A stretch of DNA of 64,000 nucleotides, from NCBI GenBank assembly GCA_964016885.1, contig OZ024740.1:234670001-234734000 (forward strand). Reading direction: 5' to 3'. The translations under genes and the position numbers were made by a program. Of this stretch, positions 54,923 through 64,000 are shown one piece after another; positions within the stretch are counted from its first letter, which is position 1; every line of letters starts with the position of its first letter. A model generated the notes under the pieces. The model was not told the DNA's origin and ran no database searches. It saw only the letters and a list, made by a program, of their open reading frames with translations. Origin of the DNA: Eledone cirrhosa. Its lineage: Eukaryota.

Positions 54923-55118
54923 CAGACCTGTAAACCTCTAAAAACCCAAACAGGGAGTACCATGAAAGAAGGTGCCCCAAAACAGGGAGAAATGAGGCAA
55001 AATGAGGAGATTTTACATAATGAAAACTATACCGATTTTCACATGAGAAGACATCTCTTCACCCACCCCAAAGTGGGTAGGAGATCTCCCCGTCGGACGG
55101 GGAGAGTTGACAGGTCTG
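54923..55118. mobile_element. MITE with cagacctg TIRs
   Basis: 7-bp flanking duplication tgattac. Confidence 0.8.
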
Positions 55119-55842
55119 TGATTACATATACGGAACAGATGACAGTTATTTTCCACCCATTAATTTTAAACAAAAAAAACAAATGGAATTTACAGCTTAC
55201 ATCTATGCAGTTTTGGCTGGCCTTCGAGAGGTTGTACATCATTAGAGGTTTCATGGGTGTTTTAACGATAGGGAACCCAGACTTATGAAAATCAACGTAA
55301 AATAAAGCATCTTACTCAAGAACATAAGGCACCAGCCAGTTCAAAAATCGAACTCGCACGCTTATGATCGTGAAGCCAACACCCCAACACTAGGCCTCAT
55401 GCCTTCATTAACTTCTTTTGGTGTGATGCCATCTTCCAATGAAAAAATTGCTGCACGGTTGTATGACTTGCTGAAGATAGCGACAGCGTCTCCGTAGTAC
55501 ATCCCTACCGCCTTGAAGGAGGTGGGTCACAGTGGATACTGTGGCCCCGATGCAGCTTTGCCATCCAGTCAAGTCATCCCCCGACATGCAACTCATATGA
55601 GGATGAACCCTTCACATCTTTCTAAAACCATGATCAATTTCTTGATGTTAGACAGCGGTGCCTCGACTGCTGCTAATGAACTTAGGACAGTGATGACGGA
55701 ACAAAATATCTGGTTGATCCGTCATCATGATTGCTACAAAGTTATAGATGATGATGGTGATGATGATGATGATTATGATGACGATGACGACGATGACGAC
55801 GACGATGATGACGACGACGATGACAACGACGATGACGACGAC

Positions 55843-55887
<45 letters not shown>

Positions 55888-56439
55888 TACATTTTATCTT
55901 TTTTTTTTTAATTGAACTAGATGGGTCTGCTAGATCCTGTAGATAAATAAATAGAAAATAGGTTTAAGTAACAAATTTGAGTTATTAAGAATAGCAAATT
56001 TCTGCAATGTAGTCATAAGCTCAGACAGGGCAGTGTGGTTAAAAGTTCGCTTCACAACTACATTGTTTCGAATTCTGGCACATCAGCCTAAGGTTTTCAA
56101 CCATAGATTCGAGTTGACCAAAATCTGTTGAATGAAATTAGTTAAACGAACATTATTAAAAACCTCGTCGGCGTGGCTATTCCTCTTCTTGGATGGCAGA
56201 TTTAATCTGTTACCCGGTTAAAAATCATCACCTAGGTTTTGAATAACTTTAGCGGAGTCCATTCTGTTGCAAATATTCCGGTGAGGTTTCCTGTTTAAAA
56301 ATAATTTCTTTGATTTCCTCAGTAGTATCGGAATATAGTCATGGGATTTCCCTTCTCTTTCTAATCTAAGTCAGGAGAAAAAAGACAGGTGGCCTATTTC
56401 AGAAACAACAAAAGCGCCTTGATGGCACTTACATTCGCC

Positions 56440-56755
56440 TGCTTCAGCACATTCAGAACATAAGCTGGTAACATCTGACTTTGAGAGAGATATATGCCGG
56501 CCTCCCACGCACATCTGTCGTTGTTCATAAGAGGAGAGTAAGATTTGTTGGCCACTGCCATCATACCACCTATGAGGCTGTGTCTCCATTAGTGCTTTGG
56601 AAACAACAAGCAGTCACTAATAACAGAGGGCGCAAGTTCTCCTACCCCGGTGTCATCTCCAGAGATTCTGCAACGTCAACGAACGACAGACCCACGTGGA
56701 GATCAATTGTTGAGTCCATTTCGGCTGAGACCACCAGTTGATGAGGATGATGATT
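56440..56755 (+). mobile_element. RTE-like LINE 3' fragment
   Basis: IYAGLP...RRVRFVGHC...LVLW...RGR...DRPTWRSIV followed by (GAT)n. Confidence 0.75.
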
Positions 56756-57060
56756 TCTGACTGTTCTGATCACTGGCCCAATTCAACACTGTTGACATAA
56801 TACGAACCACCGACTAGTCAACTATTTGTCCATTACTCTATCTGCTACACCATCTGATGTCCTGAGAACCGATATAGAACTAGGGTTTATTAATTTATTT
56901 ATATGTTCAAATCCCACCAAGGCCAACTTTGTGCCTTTCATACCGTCCCAAATGAAAGTACCAGTCATATACTAGGGTCAATTTTATTGACATTCCTCTC
57001 CCACCAAAAATCGTTGGCCATGTCCTTAAAGTAAATATAATACCATTATTATTTATATTA

Positions 57061-57360
57061 GAGGTTGACTTTGCCTTTCATCCTTACGGGGTCGATAAAA
57101 TAAAGTACCAGTAATGCACTGGGTAATTGCTGGCCTTGTGCCTAAAGTAGAAACAATTATTTATATTAGGGCGGTGGATTGGCAGTATCGGTAGAGGGTC
57201 GGACGCCATGCTTTCCAGCATAGTTACGTCCCCTTTACGATCTGAGTTCAAATCCCGCCGAGGTTGATTTTGCCTTTCATCCTTACGGGGTCGATAAAAT
57301 AAAGTACCAGTAATGCACTGGGTAATTTGCTGGCCTTGTGCGTAAAGTAGAAACAATTAA
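57061..57360 (+). mobile_element. Tandem SINE family 1 (truncated plus full copy)
   Basis: 3' half at 57061-57160 followed by a full copy at 57167-57360. Confidence 0.85.
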
Positions 57361-57570
57361 TTTATTTATATGTTGAAGAGTTACCGAAGACCATGTTTGG
57401 GGATTCGTTTGTGCTAAATTCGAGGCAATAATATACATTAATTTCTCCTTCCCAGCACTTTCATTTCACTGTAGTTATGGACATTGTAAGAGGAAAAAAT
57501 AGGCTTGCAAAAGTATTTCTAATTTGGTTTTTAATGCATTAAATATCAAACACTACTGAACTAACATTGC

Positions 57571-57620
<50 letters not shown>

Positions 57621-59034
57621 CTGCTGTTGATGATGCTGTTGATGATGCTTTTGATGCTGATGCTGCTGCTATTGCTGTTGCTGATGCTGCTGATGCTGTT
57701 GTTGGTGGTGGTGTTTGTACAATTACACGTGTCTATGCCGTTGTGTTTCTGTTTAGCCCTGATCGATCAGGTGTATAATCAAAGTCGTTCTTACTGTGAC
57801 CATCCCATCTCTTTGTATATATATAAGACTACCCTGTTTAATGTATCATTTCTATTTGTAAGACTGTAGGATATGGTTTTGAAGGATATTTGGCTAGGTT
57901 GGTTGCTATTTCTAGCAGGTCGGGTGACCAAATAGAAGTTCCTTTCTATGTGGGTGGCGTTGTTATTTAGCCCTGTGTCAGCCATACCCGAAATTTAGAC
58001 ATAAGATAATATAGTTCTAGATGCACTAAATACCCTTCCATTTTAAAGATGGCTGGGGGTGATTTGGTGTGGATTAGACTATTATTTCGAGCAAACCGGA
58101 CGCAAACAAAGAGGCGCCTTTGTTACCTCGTGAGATTCATTATATACATGTAAATTCTTCTTATTTTTAAATACTCTCTCCCGTACATATTTCCATTGTC
58201 ACTTTGACCTAACTTGGTCACGAACCAATACACTTCTTTTATTTTGAGTCAAAGTGAGTCTATGTGGTCATGTGACCTGTTAGAAATAGCTGCTAAACTT
58301 CTATTAAACTATTTGTCGTTTTAGCATCCTAATTTAATCGGAATAAATTTATTGTTGATATAACTTCATATAAATTTCACAGTAAATATATATATACAGT
58401 TGTTCCCCGGTATTCACGGCGATTACGTTTCTACAGCACAGCGAAGAGTGAAAAACCGCGAACATTGGACGTGGTCCATAAAAATGCCTATAAACGTCAA
58501 AACATAACGTAAAATATAGGCCGGTAAATACGGTATATTGTTATTTATAATTTAGTGTTAAAATATACACATAAAATATACACATAAATCTATATACTGA
58601 TACATACCACATGCATATACACACAAGTGAAAAGAAACCACACTATTTCGTGTGAGACACTATACCGGCCAATCTTACGTACATTTGTAAAATATTTCTG
58701 AACATTGACTTCGCTTCTAACCCACATACCTTTTAATTATATATATATGTAATTATATATTCCTGTGCAGATCTTGTTGCATACACACACATATAATACA
58801 TAGGAAAACAGAAACAGAAATACAAAAACAAAACATAAACAAACATTTATCTCGTTAACTTACGCAGCATATTTATTTGTTTACATGCGCAGACTCTTTT
58901 GTACACACACACACAACATTTAGGAAAGCGGAAACAAAATACACAAAAAAAACAAAACAAAAAATAGACATTTTATTTCTATCGTAATCAAGTGCGCTAA
59001 ACCTATATTGTTTACATTCAGTGATTTTCTTCGG

Positions 59035-59584
59035 ATGGGTAGAAATAACAAAATTGCCATGGTGATATCCATGGATGAAGTATGCGACAAAACTGGTCGA
59101 TGTTCCAAAATAGAACATTGCCCAGAAAATCACATCTGCCATATTTGTACGGAACCCGAAAACTCATTCCGTAATCGCTGGGTCGAATGTGGAACCTGTC
59201 GCATCTCTGTCTGCCTTCAATGCGCCACAGGCTTCCGGAGGATCCCAGGCCAAAAAAAGAGACATCATAATGCTATGATGGATGGAATCTGGGAGATGGT
59301 CCAGCTAAAATCCTGGTCCTTTCAGTGCCTGGCCTGTGTACCTGCCTCCACCAATGTTATTGAAAAACAACAACAACAACAACAAAAACCGATGACTGTA
59401 TCTTCCTCTACCATTGTTACTGAACAACGGCAAAAACCTATGACACTGGCTTCTGCTGCTATTCCTGTGGGAGAACATCAGAAACAACAACAACCCATGT
59501 CTTCCGCTCCTAGTACATCTCGACACCAACAACCGACGACTGTGTCTTCCCCTACCATTCCCATGGAGGAACATCATCATCACC

Positions 59585-59633
<49 letters not shown>

Positions 59634-59649
59634 CCAACAACAACAACAG

Positions 59650-59681
<32 letters not shown>

Positions 59682-59811
59682 ACAACAACAACAACCGACC
59701 AGTACAGATTTTGCAGAATTACAACTAATGATTTCTGCTTTAGGTTTGTTAGGGCTGGTGAAACGTGGAAAAGAGATACCAGCTGGTCTGAGTGTGCTCT
59801 ACCCACAATAA
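59035..59811 (+). CDS. LINE ORF1 with PHD-like zinc finger and polyQ
   Basis: CHIC...WVECGTC...C..C...FQCLAC; long (CAA/CAG)n. Confidence 0.7.
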
Positions 59812-59906
59812 CTGGCAATGAAAGAAACTGCAACAACTCTGGGAAACTAAACCAGAACAACCTGCCACCCTCTACATACCATCATAAACTGCAAGCAGGG
59901 TACAAA

Positions 59907-62647
59907 TTGTTGTCCTTAAATGCTCGCAGTTTATGCAACAAGATACATCTGTTTGACTCCTACGTCAGAAGCATCAACGCTGACTTCATCACAGTCACGG
60001 AAACATGGGCACATTCCTTACTCTGTGATGGGGTTTTCAGCATTACTGGGTACAACCTTTTCCGCAAGGACCGCATTAATCGCCGTGGTGGTGGTGTGAT
60101 GGTCTACGTTCGTTCAAACTTTTCGGTAATTCCTTGCGTTGATTTGAATGAATCACAAGAAGAAGTTTTTTTTTGTGACATACGTATGACCATGTCAACA
60201 CTTCTGCTTGGTGTTGTTTATCGCCCCCAAAACTACCATCAGAACACACAGCTTTGCAATATCCTCAGAGTTGTTGCCAGGAAAACAGCCACTTATGTGT
60301 TTATTGCAGGTGACTTCAATCATCCTGAGATCGATTGAGAAACCTTTCGTTGGCCACAAAGTGCAAACGATTTCCTTGAACTAGTGCTGGACTCAAACTG
60401 GTCACAAGTAGTCACCTCTCCAACAAGAGGTGACAACATTTTGGACCTGATCTTCACCACTACTCCTGAGGAACCTCTAGACGATTCTGATCATGCTATG
60501 ATCATTGCCAATCTGGCTCTTGTGGGCAGCAACGAAAACCAGAGCCATCTCCAATCTGCTTGCTTTGATTGGAAGAAAGCAGATTGGAACTTGTACTGCA
60601 CTGAGCTACAGCGTCCAAACTGGCATGAGATGTATAACTCTGGAGATGTGAACACTATACTCCAGAGCATCCTGGACTCAATATGGATATCGTGTGCAGC
60701 ATCGGTGCCACGTAAGCAGAAAAAACCCACCCCAAAAGTGCAATTTGGGAAACTTCAGCGGTCCGACTTGCCAGGAAAGAACGTCGGAACGCTGAACGGG
60801 AATATAAACTGCATAAATCAGATGACAACAGAAAAAAGCGGAATAAATCTTCTAACCATCTCAAGCAAGTGACAAAGAAGGCAGTGCTTGAATTTGAACA
60901 GTGCATAGCAACCAATCCTGACAGTAAGGTGTTCTGGAAATATGTTCATTCAAAGCAGAGACCTCACTCTCCAGTTGGTCCTCTTCGCAATCCCCACACA
61001 AGCCAGATCACTGACGATCCCAAAGAATGCGCAGAACTCATTGCTGAGTGCTATGCAAGTATTTTTACTGTTGAAAACCAGAATGTACCATCTCCACCAT
61101 CTCTAACATCAATTTCCATAACAACTATGGAATTTACACCTGCAATGTTGCGGCGTCACCTTAAGAATAAGCGCAACTATGCCTCCTCTGGTCTTGATGG
61201 TGTGACATACCTGCTTCTCAAACGTGGCGGGTATTTCCTTTTGCGCCAGCTTTCTTTCTTCTTTCAATACTGTCTCAACAATGGTGCTACTCCGGAGCAG
61301 TGGAAAACTGCCAGTGTCATTCCCTTGTTCAAAAAGGGCGACCCTACGTCACCTGTCAACTATCGTCCAGTCAGTCTTACTAGCTGTATGGCCAAACTGA
61401 TGGAATCCTGTGTCAGAGAAACACTTTGGAACTTCTGGAGCTCTCACAGCCTCATCCGGCCCTCGCAGTTTGGATTTATCCCTAACTCCAGCTGCTGTGA
61501 TCAGCTTATCGAGTTCCTTGAAGACATCACCCGGATCACTGACAGCGGCTCATGGGTGGATATTGTTTACCTTGACTTTGCTAAGGCTTTTAATTCTGTG
61601 CCTCACAAAAGACTTATGGCGAAACTCTCTGCAATCGGTGTGAGGGATGATCTTTTCGACTGGTTGAAATCCTTCATTCTCAGCCGAAAAGAGGTAGTCA
61701 CGGTTCTAGGACAGCATTCTTCACCATATGAGATGTCATCTGGTGTACCACAGGGATCTGTTCTTGGTCCCCTTTTGTTTGTGACATATATTAATGACAT
61801 AGATGCCAACTTACAGAATGCCACGGTACTGAAATATGCAGATGACATCAAGCTTTACCTTGAAATCAAAAGGACTGATCCTGAAATCTACAACGTTTTC
61901 CTACAATCAGACCTGGACACAATGCAGCAATGGATCTCAGACTGGCAACTGAAGCTGGCTGTGGACAAGTGTACCACCATGCATTTTGGGAGGAAAAATC
62001 CAGCGTCCACATACTCCCTCCACAACACTGATATCAAGGAGTCCTCTTGTGAACGTGACCTGGGCATTACTGTCAGCAGCGATTTGCGTTGGATAAAGCA
62101 TGTCTCTAAGATTGTCAAGAAGGCCGAGGGTGCCTTGGCATCACCCAGCAAGACCTTTGTTAGCCGCTCTCCAGCCATCTATTTAAAACTGTATACAACT
62201 ATGGTACGACCACACTCGGAATTCGCATCATCAGTCTGGAACCCCTATCTTGCTCAGAACATTGACAGCCTGGAAACTGTTCAGAGACGTGCAACCAAGC
62301 GCATACCCTCCATCAGACACCTACCATACTCTGAACGCCTTGCTTCCCTGGGCATGGATTCATTGAAGCTCCGACGTCTGGCAATGGACTTTGTAAATAC
62401 CCACAAAGTTATTAACCATCTCGCCAACAACAACCCTGAGCACCTTTTTGATCTCCATGTGTCTAACACACGTGGACATGCCTACAAAATCAGACAACGG
62501 CGCAGCTCCCATGACTTTCGTAGACATTTTTTCACGCTCAGAGTTGCTGAAGCATGGAACAAACTGCCTGCATCAGTTGTTAGCTGCCGAGACACTGCAT
62601 CCTTTAAGACACTCATGCTTCCCGAAATACGCCAAAACTACACCTGA
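59907..62647 (+). pseudogene. CR1-type ORF2 (AP endonuclease plus RT), disrupted
   Basis: LNARSL.NK, VTETW, GGGV, GDFN, LDL, SDH; NYRPVSLTS, YLDFAKAF, GVPQGSVLGP, YADD. TGA at 60336 and frameshift near 60730. Confidence 0.93.
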
Positions 62648-63127
62648 TGTACCCCTTCCATACACATGCATACATGTGTATATCATGACTCATGCACTGT
62701 TCATTTTCCTGACGTTTGTACATTACCCTATGTACTATACATACACTTTTTGGTGAGTTGTAGTGCACCTGAGCACTGTACACAATATTTCATTATTATT
62801 ATTATTATTATTATTATTAATATTATTATTATTATTATTATAAAAAGCGTGAAAAAATATATATGGCCACGAAAAAAAACATTAAAAATCGCGGAAGATA
62901 TTTACAAATCCGCGAATATGCGGTGGTTTCCATGAACAATGCTTATAAACGTAAAAAAAATAACGTAAAATATATGCCGACAAATACGGTATATTGTTAT
63001 TTATAAGTTAGCGCTAAAAAGCGTGAAAAAATATATATTGCCACGAAAAAGCTATTAAAACATCACGGAAGATATTTACGAATCCACGGGTATGCGATGG
63101 TTTCCACGAACAATTATTAGTTAGGCT

Positions 63128-64000
63128 TGTAGCAGGAGTTGCCTCCCTTGTTGTGACACTCACATCACCAATAGAGTAACGCTCTCTAGACAGGAAGTAG
63201 CTGGAGTTGCTTCCCGTTGGGGTGATAGAACCCTTTTTATCACTTCCGGCAGAACCCTATAAAACGAAGAACTTTCAGCTCCCTATCTCTCATTTGCCTT
63301 TCGGACTCAGGAACGCCGCTAGCACTTTTCAGCGGTTCATAGACGAGGTCACGTGTGGTCTGGACTTCGTTTATGCTTACATAGACGATATTCTCGTCGC
63401 TAGTTCCTCTCCGGAAGAGCATATGCGCCACATGCTTCTCTTATTTCGGCGACTTCAGGATTACCGCGTTCGCGTGAATCCAGCAAAGTGTGTTTTCGGT
63501 TCCACTTCCCTAAATTTTTTAGGCCACCTCATCGACGCCGAAGGTATTAGGCCGCTCCCTCAGCGAGTTCAAGCCATACAGGAGTTACCTCCGCCTACTA
63601 CACTTCACCAGTTGCGTCACTTCTTAGGCCTAATCAATTTCTATAGGCGTTTCGTTCCTCATTGTGCTAATTTGCTATCTTCCCTTACTGACATTTTTAA
63701 AAATCGTCGTAAGAAGAATGAGGATATTTCCTTGACACAAGGACAGCTTCAAGACTTCCAGACTACCAAGACAGCACTCGTTAGTTCATCTTTGCTAGCC
63801 CACCCGGTACCAGAGGCCAAGCTTTCGCTTTGTGTTGATGCATCTGATACCGCTGTGGGAGCAGTTTTACAGCAGTCCTACGCTGAAAACCAACAACCTT
63901 TGGCATTTTTCTCGAGGAAGTTGAAACCAGCAGAAACGCGTTATAGCACGTTTGGGCGGGAATTATTAGCCATATTTCTGTCGGTGAAACATTTCTCTCA
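63128..64000 (+). mobile_element. Ty3/Gypsy LTR retrotransposon remnant (partial LTR, RT-RNase H), runs off the window
   Basis: From 63294: PFGLRNAASTFQR...YIDDILV...KC.F...FLGH...FLGLINFYRRFV...DAS..AVGAVLQQ...RELLAI. Upstream TG start and tataaaa. Confidence 0.9.

Larger units (their letters stand above)
58564..62840 (+). mobile_element. Full-length CR1-type LINE
   Basis: 5' UTR, ORF1, APE-RT ORF2, short 3' UTR and (ATT)n tail; interrupts a reconstructable repeat unit. Confidence 0.9.
58397..63113. mobile_element. Tc1/mariner-like non-autonomous element split by the CR1 insertion
   Basis: Starts ta|cagttgttccccggtattcacgg. 58489-58563 recurs at 62944-63020, and 62841-62940 recurs at 63015-63113. 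Confidence 0.55.

Noticed and set aside
55513-57869. Poly-Asp and poly-Leu ORFs
   Set aside because: (GAT/GAC)n and (TGC/TGT)n trinucleotide tracts without flanking coding signal.

Overview
AT-rich, microsatellite-dense animal genomic DNA with no confidently identifiable host protein-coding gene. The SINE families and TA/CA density suggest a cephalopod, probably Octopus (inference, no search run). The window is almost entirely mobile-element derived. It holds four Penelope-like retroelements (PLEs, RT plus C-terminal GIY-YIG), one nearly full-length with tandem pseudo-LTRs and a TSD, plus a full-length CR1-type LINE, Gypsy, R4-like, Tx1-like, CRE-like, RTE and Helitron fragments, more than 20 tRNA-derived SINEs, several MITEs and a 52-bp satellite grown from a TTAA-flanked MITE end. 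The main hidden signal is a swarm of about 20 minimal type-I hammerhead ribozyme motifs (CUGANGA...GAAA...NUH, usually with a palindromic stem III). They occur in the PLE pseudo-LTRs and in many short, non-coding fold-back elements of unrelated sequence inserted in (TA)n tracts. Several of these are palindromes whose axis is the ribozyme's own putative stem II. All structures were read by eye and boundaries are approximate.
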